Shown here: positions 41,631 through 50,812 of the stretch, in pieces
Layout: each line of letters begins with the position of its first letter
How positions within the stretch are numbered: position 1 is the stretch's first letter
From: an uncultured delta proteobacterium
GTDB lineage: Bacteria; Desulfobacterota; Desulfomonilia; Desulfomonilales; Desulfomonilaceae
DNA length: 64,000 nucleotides
Assembly (NCBI GenBank): GCA_963789265.1
Contig: CAWBKB010000001.1
Coordinates: forward strand, 1,280,001 to 1,344,000
Direction of reading: 5' to 3'
Made by a program: the position numbers and the translations under genes
Notes under the pieces: generated by a model
What the model saw: only the letters and a program-made list of their open reading frames with translations
What the model was told of the DNA's origin: nothing
Databases searched by the model: none

Positions 41631-42989
41631 TCAGCGTTTCGTGCGACCCTGAAGCGGTCTCCAGGATGTCTCGACGACACCAAGTTCCTTTTTCCACCAG
41701 GGCCGATCGAGCGCAGGCATAGGGGCTCTCATCATCCCCTCGGGTATCAAGGATTCGTGCGGTTGTCTGGGGCCAATCCGGTATTCGTCCATTGTGTATT
41801 CTCGGCCCAGGTTAGGATTGTCCGGACAGGCGGGGCCCAGTCCCGAAAGGCAGCGCATCAGGCAAGTATTGCAGCGTTTGCATCGCTGTATTTCCTTCAC
41901 CCGCCCTTCCATCAACTTTTTGGGGTAGTCCGGATCACAAAAGAGCTGTCGTCCCAACGCCTGAACGTCGAATTTGCCGTCGGCAATGTTTTGGTTCGCT
42001 TTGTCAGGATTGTGTTGAGAAGCAACGATGATGGGAATCTTAAGCTCTTTCTTGAAGGCTTCGCCGTGCTCGGGAATATGCTTGGCGCGATCTCCGTCGG
42101 TGATGAGATGTCCACCTTCTTCGTAACCCGCACCGTCGGACAGACTGATGTAGTCGGCGCCTCGGGTCTCCAGATCTTTGGCAACGTCAATCATCTCCTC
42201 TTCGGTCAGTCCGCCTGCCATGTGCTCTTCAGCGCTAATGCGAACGCCAACTGCAACGCCGGGACAGGCATAACGAATCTGCTCTATGATCTCGTTGAGG
42301 AATCGCTTTCGGTTACGCCACTCGCCGCCGTACATATCGGTCCGCTTGTTGCTCAGCGGTGAAAGGAACTGATGTTCCAGGTATCCGTGCGGTGCGTGGA
42401 TTTCAATTACATCAAACCCAGCGATAACGGCAAGTTGGCAGCTTGCCGCGAACTCTTTCTGCTCACTGCGTATTTCCTCAATTGACATCTCCCGTGTCAT
42501 CTGCCCGACCAGGAATGTGCGCGGGTGTTCCACTATTTTCCATGCTTCGGCTATTCCTTTGGCAGCTTTGTCCATAGTGATCTCGTACGGCAGTCCTCCG
42601 GTGGCCGCGGGCGCGAGTTTCGAGTGATCGTACGAATGACCTTGACGTCCAAATCCGATTGTCATTTGGGCGGCGGCCCTGGCGCCAAAATAGTGAATTC
42701 GATCGGTCAACATGGCGAGTCCCTGGAGATGTCCGTGGTGAAAGCAGTACAAGTTGCGGCCCCACACGAACTCTGAAGCGAGTCTTGTGCCCATAATGGC
42801 GCCGGTGCTTACCATTGCCGCTCCGCCCTTGGCGCGTGCCGCAAAATAGGAGAGCATCTGCTCGGTGGCTTCGCCATCAACTCCCGAGAAGGTTTCGTTC
42901 ATGGGGGCCAGTACAATTCGGTTCTTCAGTTCGATCGGGCCGACCCCAATCGGGCTCAAAAGATGTTCATAACTCTTAGACTCGGACAC
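41631..42989 (-). CDS. Old yellow enzyme (NADH:flavin oxidoreductase) with Fe-S motif, no FAD/NAD domain
   Basis: LKNRIVLAPM, RAKGG, IHAPHGYL, N.RTD.YGG, GRQLFCDPD, CKRCNTCLMRC...C. Confidence 0.9.
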   Translation of the reverse strand: MSESKSYEHLLSPIGVGPIELKNRIVLAPMNETFSGVDGEATEQMLSYFAARAKGGAAMVSTGAIMGTRLASEFVWGRNLYCFHHGHLQGLAMLTDRIHYFGARAAAQMTIGFGRQGHSYDHSKLAPAATGGLPYEITMDKAAKGIAEAWKIVEHPRTFLVGQMTREMSIEEIRSEQKEFAASCQLAVIAGFDVIEIHAPHGYLEHQFLSPLSNKRTDMYGGEWRNRKRFLNEIIEQIRYACPGVAVGVRISAEEHMAGGLTEEEMIDVAKDLETRGADYISLSDGAGYEEGGHLITDGDRAKHIPEHGEAFKKELKIPIIVASQHNPDKANQNIADGKFDVQALGRQLFCDPDYPKKLMEGRVKEIQRCKRCNTCLMRCLSGLGPACPDNPNLGREYTMDEYRIGPRQPHESLIPEGMMRAPMPALDRPWWKKELGVVETSWRPLQGRTKR

Positions 42990-43010
42990 TGCTCTTCTCC
43001 TTTCTTGTAG

Positions 43011-44018
43011 TTACTTTACGCGCCTCGTGGTGGTGTCAACGCCCAAGAGGCTCGCCAGATTGCCGCCGAAGATTTTGCGGCGGTCGTCATCAGTGATGGC
43101 CGGATATCCGTAATCCTTCTGCATATCTTCAGGAATCTGGAATGATTGCAATCCGATAACAGCACTTCTCACCTGGACCCCGAACCCGGCATAATCGGTT
43201 CCCCAAATTATCTTCTCCGGGCCCACCCAGCGGAGCGCTTCTCCGATGATCTTGGCAAACTTCCTCGGCGCGGCCAGTGCCCAGGGGACCAAGAGACTCA
43301 AACAGACGTAAACATTCGGGTGTCCCATTGCGACCATATTGAGATCGTCGCAGTACGGATACCCCATATGAAACGCATTGATTTTCAGTTCGGGGAAATC
43401 TCTTGCCACCTCGTCAAGGTAGATAGGCAGCGCATACTTGCTTTTTCCTGGAGGTACCCAGCAAAAGCCGGTGTGGATATCGAGAACAATTCCGAGTTCT
43501 TGCGCTTTTGCGTAGAATGGCCAGAGGTCAGGATCATTGATGTACGTGTCTTCAGGGGGATAGAATTTGAATATTTTCGCGCTCTTCTCTTTCACCCAAT
43601 ATTCCAACTCCCAAAGAGTGTTCTTCAATCCCTTGTGAATGATCGGTGAAACGTTCGGTTGATACATGAAACGGTCGGGATTCGAGTCCACGATCTTGCC
43701 CATTTCTCCGTTCGTGCACCATCTGCTGGTGTAACCTGTGGTATCCATCATCGATTCCGGCAGCAGGCAGGCAATGTCCACTCCGTACTTATCCATGGCC
43801 ATGAGCAGGCGATCCGGATCCGCGCTCTTCTCCATTTCCCATGGTTCCATCCCCTGGAACGCCTCAGGAGGTATCCCTGTCAAGAGCGGTCTGCGGATAG
43901 CGTCGATGGCTTTCCACCACATTTGAACGCCCGGGAAATGGTTGATTCGTTCCATGTCGCCGATCAGGTGCGGTTCCGGATCGACCTTGAAGTAGTTGTC
44001 TTGCTTAAATTCCGTCAT
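43011..44018 (-). CDS. Amidohydrolase_2 family protein
   Basis: KFYPP, PFY..AQELG..LDIHTG, FPELKI..FHMG, IIWGTDY, KIFGGN. Confidence 0.88.
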   Translation of the reverse strand: MTEFKQDNYFKVDPEPHLIGDMERINHFPGVQMWWKAIDAIRRPLLTGIPPEAFQGMEPWEMEKSADPDRLLMAMDKYGVDIACLLPESMMDTTGYTSRWCTNGEMGKIVDSNPDRFMYQPNVSPIIHKGLKNTLWELEYWVKEKSAKIFKFYPPEDTYINDPDLWPFYAKAQELGIVLDIHTGFCWVPPGKSKYALPIYLDEVARDFPELKINAFHMGYPYCDDLNMVAMGHPNVYVCLSLLVPWALAAPRKFAKIIGEALRWVGPEKIIWGTDYAGFGVQVRSAVIGLQSFQIPEDMQKDYGYPAITDDDRRKIFGGNLASLLGVDTTTRRVK

Positions 44019-44051
44019 GGTTCACCTCCATTCGCCATACATACGAGATCG

Positions 44052-45599
44052 TTAACCAATGTTGCGGTCACGGCCTTCCCAGAACTTCTTCTTGACATCC
44101 TTGCGGAGGATCTTGCCAACCGGAGTTGTGGGGAGCTGAGGCCAAAATTCCAGGGACTTTGGGCACTTGTATCCGGCCAAGCGCTCTTTACAGTAAATTA
44201 TAAGGTCTTCTTCTGTTGCTTGTGCACCCGGCCTGAGGACCACGACAGCCTGAACCCGTTCACCCCATTTTTCATCCGGTGCTGAAACCACGGCTGCCAT
44301 GGCCACTGCCGGGTGCCGGTAAAGGACATCCTCGGTCTCCTTTGGGTAGACGTTTTCCCCGCCAGTCACGATCATGTCCGCCTTCCGATCCACGAGGAAA
44401 AGGTATCCTTCCTCATCCATGTAGCCGATGTCGCCGGTGTGGTACCAGCCGCCACGGAGGGTTGAAGCGGTAAGCTCGGGGTTTTTCCAATACCCCATCA
44501 TGACGCACTTACCGCGAAGCGCGATTTCACCCACCATACCAGGAGGAACGGGTAGGTCCTTGTCGCCAACAACCCGCACATCGACGCTAATGCCGGCCTT
44601 GCCCGCACTGGCAAGCAGCCTGGATCTGTCCCCATCCGACACGTGGTCTTCCCTGCCGAGAATGGTTCCGCCGATACACTCTGTCATGGCGTATACCTGT
44701 TCAAATTTCGGTCCGAACTTTTGGATGCACTGCTTAAGAAGCGAAGGAGGAAAAGGGCTGCCTGCATACGAAATGCAACGCAGACTCGACAGATCGTATG
44801 CGTCCAGATTGGCGTACTGGAGCAGCCATCCATACACGGTGGGAACCGCGTTTACGTGTGTGCACTTTTCGTCCTGGATGAGCTGAAGGATGCCGTTCAG
44901 ATCGGGTTTGCGGTTGATCACTACCTTACCACCCGTGAGCAGCACGGCCAAAGCAGGCCAAAAGGAGACATGGAACAGGGGGAGAACAAAGCAGGTGGCG
45001 TCGTCTCGATTGAAAGAAAACCCCAGAGCCGCTGCCAAGATACCGCTCATGAGTCCCCGGTGTGACATCATGACGCCCTTTGGTGCGCCCGTGGTCCCTC
45101 CGGTGTACATGAGTATGGCCATCTCGTCCTCGCCTGGATCCCGGCCCGGTTCCTCGGGTGCGGCGCTCGCCAAAAGCTCTTCGTACGAAAGATAGCCGTC
45201 CACCGCATTATCCATAGCGATCCAGATCCTGATGGCTGGGGTCCTATCCTTCATCTTCCAAGCCTGATCTTCGTACCCGTCGGCGGCGAAAAAGCAGGTC
45301 GCTTCAGAATCGTTGACGATGTGGACAAGCTCTTGGTCGGATAGCCGAAAGTTGAGGGGGGTGACACTTATTCCAAGCTTGCTGGCTGCAAAGTAGATCT
45401 CAAGGTACTTGTGGGTGTTTTCGGCAAGTACCGTGAGCCGGTCTCTCTTGCCGACACCCAATGCAAGCATCCCGTGTGCCAGCCGATTCACTCGCTCGTT
45501 GAGTTGCTTATAGGTGAGGCGAGTGCCCTCGAATACGGTCGCAGTATTGTGCGGGAAGAGGATCGCCGATTTTCTCGGAATGTCGCCCAAGGTGTACAT
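44052..45599 (-). CDS. Acyl-CoA synthetase (AMP-forming)
   Basis: YTGGTTGAPKG, YAMTE, WYHTGD, GGENVYP, PVGK. Confidence 0.93.
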   Translation of the reverse strand: MYTLGDIPRKSAILFPHNTATVFEGTRLTYKQLNERVNRLAHGMLALGVGKRDRLTVLAENTHKYLEIYFAASKLGISVTPLNFRLSDQELVHIVNDSEATCFFAADGYEDQAWKMKDRTPAIRIWIAMDNAVDGYLSYEELLASAAPEEPGRDPGEDEMAILMYTGGTTGAPKGVMMSHRGLMSGILAAALGFSFNRDDATCFVLPLFHVSFWPALAVLLTGGKVVINRKPDLNGILQLIQDEKCTHVNAVPTVYGWLLQYANLDAYDLSSLRCISYAGSPFPPSLLKQCIQKFGPKFEQVYAMTECIGGTILGREDHVSDGDRSRLLASAGKAGISVDVRVVGDKDLPVPPGMVGEIALRGKCVMMGYWKNPELTASTLRGGWYHTGDIGYMDEEGYLFLVDRKADMIVTGGENVYPKETEDVLYRHPAVAMAAVVSAPDEKWGERVQAVVVLRPGAQATEEDLIIYCKERLAGYKCPKSLEFWPQLPTTPVGKILRKDVKKKFWEGRDRNIG

Positions 45600-45611
45600 C
45601 TCTTCCCCTTT

Positions 45612-46775
45612 CTATGCCCACGACTTCGGATAGCCCATGAATTGCATCATCATGTTCTTGGCCATTTCGTCGGTGATGGGTGAAAAGACCATCTGTTTGT
45701 AATCCCTGAAGTAGCGTTGCATGTCGTACTCCATGGTGTACCCGTAGCCCCCGAGTATCTCCATGCCCCAAGTGGCCGCCTTCTCGCTGGCCCGAGATGC
45801 TACGACCTTTGCCATGCAAGCTTCGATGTGCATAGGTTTACCGTTGTCGGCCAGCCAGGCGCACTTGTAGATGAGGTTGCGAGCATTCTCGATTTCGATG
45901 GCGATGTCGGCGAGGTAGTGCTGAATGATCTGGAATCGGGAGATAGATCCTCCGAATGCTTCTCTCTCCTGCGCATACCGAAACGCGTCATTGAACGCGG
46001 CCTGAGCCACGCCCAGACTTAGAGCCGACGTACCGATACGCTCGTTGTTCAACACCATCAGAAGCTGATACCAGCCATTGTCGAGCGCACCGAGAAGGTT
46101 CTCTTTTGGCACGCGGACATCGTCGAGATAGACGTAATTGGCTCCGCACGCGTGACAGCCCACTTTGGGGATGAGCTTGGTTTGAAGCCCTTCGGAATTC
46201 CGGGGGACTATGAGGACCGACAAACCATGTGACCGCTTGACCTCGGGATTCGTGATCGCGATGACGATCATGTAATCGGATACGTGGGCCGCTGTGATAA
46301 AGACCTTTACCCCGTTGATGAGCCAGTGATCGCCTTTGTCCTCGGCCTTGGTGGAAATCGCGCCGAGGATATCGGTGCCGCCCGCAGGCTCGGTCAGGGC
46401 CATTGCCCATTTTTCTGCGCCGGCCGCAACCTTCGGGAGGTATTTGGCCTTTTGTTCTTCAGTTCCCATGTGGAGTACCGGCGCCACCCCAAAGCCCATA
46501 GTTGCTCCAACGCCCAGCGCCACTGAGACGGATGCTGTTGCCAGTTCCTCGATCACAATCATGGCCTCTATCTGACCGAGTCCAAGGCCCCCATACGCCT
46601 GAGGGACGGCCAGGCCCAGCACTCCAAGATTCGCCAAACCTTGCCAGATCTCCTCCGGCATGAAGTCACAGTTCTCGTCCATCCAGCGGACCTTTTCTTT
46701 AGTCAATTCTTTCTTGCAGAACTTGCGAATGGTCTCGCGGAGCATTTCCTGCTCTTCTGTCAGGTTGAAATCCAT
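45612..46775 (-). CDS. Acyl-CoA dehydrogenase
   Basis: ALTEPAGGTD, INGVKVFIT, LNNER, R.AFG..I..FQ, GGYGY; C-terminal FSPITDEM instead of YEGT. Confidence 0.93.
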   Translation of the reverse strand: MDFNLTEEQEMLRETIRKFCKKELTKEKVRWMDENCDFMPEEIWQGLANLGVLGLAVPQAYGGLGLGQIEAMIVIEELATASVSVALGVGATMGFGVAPVLHMGTEEQKAKYLPKVAAGAEKWAMALTEPAGGTDILGAISTKAEDKGDHWLINGVKVFITAAHVSDYMIVIAITNPEVKRSHGLSVLIVPRNSEGLQTKLIPKVGCHACGANYVYLDDVRVPKENLLGALDNGWYQLLMVLNNERIGTSALSLGVAQAAFNDAFRYAQEREAFGGSISRFQIIQHYLADIAIEIENARNLIYKCAWLADNGKPMHIEACMAKVVASRASEKAATWGMEILGGYGYTMEYDMQRYFRDYKQMVFSPITDEMAKNMMMQFMGYPKSWA

Positions 46776-46786
46776 TACGCTTCTCC

Positions 46787-48058
46787 TCAGCTCTTCACGC
46801 CTTTGCGGAAATTCTCCATCATGCTCTGAATGTCAGGGGCATGGACGAGCCACTGAATGCCGTTCCGTTCCACAGCCAAGGCCGTGTCGATGCTTCCTCC
46901 TTCGGCGGAACGGGCCATGATCTCTTTGCCCATACGTAGGGCAATCGGTTTCTTCGAGGCGATCTGAGCCACAATCTGCTCGAATTCATCCTCGAAGCGG
47001 TCGTCGGGAAAGACTCGGGTCAGAAGGCCCATTTCGTAGGCCTCGCGCGGGTGTAATTCTTGCTCCCGCTGTAGACTAGCTCACGCGGCTCGGTGGACGG
47101 GCATGCTCCTGACAATGCGAGCGGTACCACCCCAACCGGGGAGAATCCCCATGTTAACTTCAGTTAGGCCGACCTTCGCCGATTCCTTGGCATAGAGCAG
47201 ATCACAGCAGAGCGCCAGTTCGAGCCCGCCTGCCAGGCAGTGCCCGTCTATCCTGGCGATCACGACCTTTTCGCAGTCGGTGATGGCACGCTGTACATCG
47301 AGCCCCTCATGGGCCAGCCAGTTCAATGATGCTTGATGCTCGGCAAGTGAAGGAAAGACGTCCAAATCTCCGCCGGTGCAGAACGCTTTGCCGCCCGCAC
47401 CGGCAAGTATCACAACCCCGACCGATCTCTCCTCCCTAACTCGTCGAAATGCATCTCTAAGCTCCTGCGCCATCCGGCGGTTAATCGCGTTGCCTTTTTC
47501 AGGACGGTTGAGGGTGATCCGACAGACAGAGTTGTTGGAGCCGCTGATCTCATAGCGAATCGCTTGATAATCCTCAGGATCCATGAATGCCCGAACCTCC
47601 GCCAAATCCTCAGGATCATTATGAGTAGCTAGGGCTCGCAGAGATTCGTCACAAGGACGGAAAAGAGGAAGGGCATGTTGATCTGTGATATCCCTAAAAA
47701 TTACTTCCACATCCATGCCAATCTCAACCGCCGCGGGGTCGCATTCCACAATCTGCGTCATCATCCTGACGCCTTCCTGCAAGTCAACCATTGCCAGCAC
47801 GTATGGAAGATCAGGCATGAACTTGGGCTCAACCATGTCGCGCATGATCGCGAATGTGTAGACTTTGGCTCTGCCGGAAGCATCCTGCCATCCAAGTTTT
47901 TCAGACCAGCATTGTGGGCAGTATTTTCGAGGATAGAATATAAGCGAGTTGCATTCCCGGCATTTCTGGATCAGAAGCTTATGCTTCTTCGTGGCCCTCC
48001 AAAACTCCTCGGTCCACGGCTGCACGGTAGGGATCGGCTTCAGGTATTCCGAACTCAT
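46787..48058 (-). CDS. DUF35 (Zn-ribbon/OB-fold)-enoyl-CoA hydratase fusion; compensating indels at ~47088 and ~47050
   Basis: CREC...CPQC plus OB fold, then TLNRPEK.NA, AFCTGGD, GGLE, TE...GILPGWGG; the alternative frame restores RARELVYSGSKNYT. Confidence 0.85.
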
Positions 48059-49239
48059 GACAATTCCCTCCCCCATACGGTGGCGATATTGTTCATTCCC
48101 GAACCGCCGGAAGTATTCTGAAACACGAATTTGGCATTTGGCACCTGACGATCGCCTGCCTTGCCCATGAGCTGGCGGGCTGTTTCCACGTATGTCGCCA
48201 TGCTGACGCCCGAACCGGTGTGGCCTCTGCCGAGAGCATCGCCTATGGGCGACCAGGGCAAGTCACCTCCGGGCCACGTGCGCTTTTCAAAGAATGCCTT
48301 GCACCCCTGATGCGGCTCGCACAGTCCCATCGCCTCCATCATGATGGGATGACCGACGGGATAGGCCAGGTATATGTTCCAAATGTCAATGTCATCTTTA
48401 GTCAAGCCGGCCTCTGCCAGAGCATGTTTCCCGGACCTGCGCAAGCCTTCCTGCGTCTGAACGCTGTCTCTCAATACGGTACACGCGGTGAAAAAGGCCG
48501 CGCCTTCTCCCAGCTTGTAAACGGGCGTGTCGGTGACCTGTGGTGCCAGCTCTGCGGACGTGACCACCAGAGCGGATCCGCCATCGGCCAGGACGTTGCA
48601 CTCTCGCTTGTGGAGCGGATCGGCCACGAACGATGATGATAGGACCTTCTCAATGGAAGGGACTTCCTTTTGATAAAACATCGAATTAGGGTCCAAAGCG
48701 GCCCACTTGCGCATGGAAACGACGACGGATGCCATTTCCTCCGGGGTCGCTCCGGACTCATACATGTATCGCCTTACCATCATGGCAATGATGCCGTTGT
48801 ACGTTGTTCCAAAGGGATATTCCCACTGGAGATCCATTCCGGCCTGGGCGAAAAAGTTGATAAGCTCGTTCACGGGAATGGTGGAATGTACGGTCACATG
48901 CGGGATGAGGACGGTCTTCGCGGTAGCGCTGTTGATGAGTTGCTCGGCCAGACGAAGGCAGTTGGATGTTGAGGCTCCTCCTGCATTGCAGATGCACACA
49001 TCCTTACAGCCCTTCAGGCCCAGTTCCTCGGGAAGTTTGCCGAAAGAAATCTCGGCGGTGAGCCTGGGTTGGGCCTGAGGAGCCACGGTTACGACGGCCT
49101 CAATGTCGTTTTTGTCCAGCCCGGAGTCTCTCACCGCCGCCATACAAGTTTCATAGATGATGTCCCAAGGGGACCTGTGGGGATAGATCCCGGTAGGAAC
49201 TTCTCCGATACCTACTATGGCCAGATTTCCTCTACTCAT
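48055..49239 (-). CDS. Thiolase-fold protein (SCP-x/Ltp2-like) lacking the nucleophilic Cys
   Basis: AIVGIG, GGAS at the C.S position, ADPL..REC...ADGG.A.VV, GH, ARQLMG.AGDRQV; stop overlaps the DUF35 gene start. Confidence 0.88.
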   Translation of the reverse strand: MSRGNLAIVGIGEVPTGIYPHRSPWDIIYETCMAAVRDSGLDKNDIEAVVTVAPQAQPRLTAEISFGKLPEELGLKGCKDVCICNAGGASTSNCLRLAEQLINSATAKTVLIPHVTVHSTIPVNELINFFAQAGMDLQWEYPFGTTYNGIIAMMVRRYMYESGATPEEMASVVVSMRKWAALDPNSMFYQKEVPSIEKVLSSSFVADPLHKRECNVLADGGSALVVTSAELAPQVTDTPVYKLGEGAAFFTACTVLRDSVQTQEGLRRSGKHALAEAGLTKDDIDIWNIYLAYPVGHPIMMEAMGLCEPHQGCKAFFEKRTWPGGDLPWSPIGDALGRGHTGSGVSMATYVETARQLMGKAGDRQVPNAKFVFQNTSGGSGMNNIATVWGRELS

Positions 49240-49389
49240 GGTCGCCCCTCTGTCTTGCCTGACTTGGATGCCCCGATATGGTGGATGCTTCCTTCATGGT
49301 GTCGTGGGCTCCTTTGGACGCTACTCTGGGGTTGACAAATCAGTCGGTCGTGGATAATCTAGAGAGCCCTTACTGACGGTTCATTTCTG

Positions 49390-49419
49390 AAGCTACTCTA
49401 CAGTCCAGAGGGTTGTCAA
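49390..49419 (-). promoter_or_regulatory. Sigma-70 promoter with dyad in spacer for the leftward operon
   Basis: Minus strand TTGACA-18 nt-TAGCTT; spacer contains CTCT-N7-AGAG; motif repeated at 49562-49579. Confidence 0.5.
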
Positions 49420-49582
49420 TATGAATTGAGGCGTGATCTCCACATTGGGTGAATAGTAGTAACACGTTGATATGGTTATTTATAACTGGATAGTGAACTC
49501 GGTTCATGACCCCGGGGTGGGCGTGAGGTGGGTGAGGAATCTAACCAGTCTACAGATAGCAACTCTACAGTTTGGAGGGATC

Positions 49583-50458
49583 ATGAGCGACCAAACTTTC
49601 ATGCGAATAAAGGAACTTGAACAAAGATCGGGAGTGCCCAGGACCACCATACACTTCTATTTGCGGCAAGGACTGTTGCACCCGCCCAACAAGACCGGGC
49701 GCACCATGGCCTATTACGACGAAAGCCATCTCCAGAGGCTTCAGGATATCCGGAACATCAAAGGAAACATTAGAATGCCGCTTCCTTTTCTCAAAGAAAA
49801 GATTGCGGAGTTGGCTCGAGAGGGGAAAGACGGTCGGGTCAGCGGTTTGCAATCCATGAAGGACGTGGCGACCACCACCAAAGCAAAAGACAGCAAACGG
49901 CGCAAGATCGTAGAGGCTGCCATTCAGGTCTTCTCACAGAAAGGGTACCACCGCACGAAAGTCCAGGACATCACAAGTTCTCTAGGCATCTCGACAGGAA
50001 CCTTTTACATTTACTTCGGCAACAAGCGCGATCTCTTCGTGGAAGTTGTTGACCACGTATTTCACACCATTCTGGGTGAGGCAGCTAAAGCCATAATTGC
50101 TGAAGAAGATATCTTGAAGAAGATGATTCTCCGAGGCCGGGTCTTTTACGAAAATTACTCAAAATACAATGAAATACTCAATCAGTTGCGTGCCGAAATG
50201 GCCGGTGAGGATGAATGGCCTAAACAGAAGATTAAGAAAGCCTATCACGACCTGACTAAGCCCGTGATCAAGGACATTCAGCGAGGTATCGACACGGGCG
50301 TATACCGAATGGTAGACCCCGATCTGCTAGCCTATGCGCTAACAGGTATCATAGAGATCATGTCATTGAGGATGATGATCGACAATAAGTACACCTTCGA
50401 GAATATCATGACATTTATTGTAGATTTCACGACCAACGGATTGGCTCCAAGACCTTGA
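49583..50458 (+). CDS. MerR-HTH/TetR fusion regulator
   Basis: MRIKELEQRSGVPRTTIHFYLRQGLL (MerR HTH) then IVEAAIQVFSQKGYH.T.VQDI...GISTGTFYIYF.NK (TetR HTH). Confidence 0.9.
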   Translation: MSDQTFMRIKELEQRSGVPRTTIHFYLRQGLLHPPNKTGRTMAYYDESHLQRLQDIRNIKGNIRMPLPFLKEKIAELAREGKDGRVSGLQSMKDVATTTKAKDSKRRKIVEAAIQVFSQKGYHRTKVQDITSSLGISTGTFYIYFGNKRDLFVEVVDHVFHTILGEAAKAIIAEEDILKKMILRGRVFYENYSKYNEILNQLRAEMAGEDEWPKQKIKKAYHDLTKPVIKDIQRGIDTGVYRMVDPDLLAYALTGIIEIMSLRMMIDNKYTFENIMTFIVDFTTNGLAPRP

Positions 50459-50812
50459 GAGCGAACTGGAAGAGGAGTGAAAACCACAATGCGGCCTAAC
50501 GGAGAAATGAACCGCCCAGTCAAGTCACCATGTCAGAGAGGAGACCGATACCGTGATACGAAATGGGCCACTGCTTTCTGGGTTTCTGTGTGTGTAGGCG
50601 GTTTGGGTGTCATGTGATTCCATTTCCTTGTGGGGGAGAGATCGAGGTGAACGTTCCGTCCGTGCCATTTTAAAGTCCTTCTCTAAGAGAATTATCTCAG
50701 AGTAGACGACAATGAAAGCTCGCCTTTTTACGAACACAACACAAAATGGAGATGCAGCTCTTAATAATCAATCAGGTAAACCCCCGGCTTTGCCGAGGAG
50801 CACCTAATTGTA

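Noticed and set aside
47081..47083. In-frame TGA in the DUF35-crotonase gene as selenocysteine or readthrough
   Set aside because: Readthrough gives non-homologous ASLQREQELH, while the shifted frame gives the crotonase-like RARELVYSG; compensating indels explain it better
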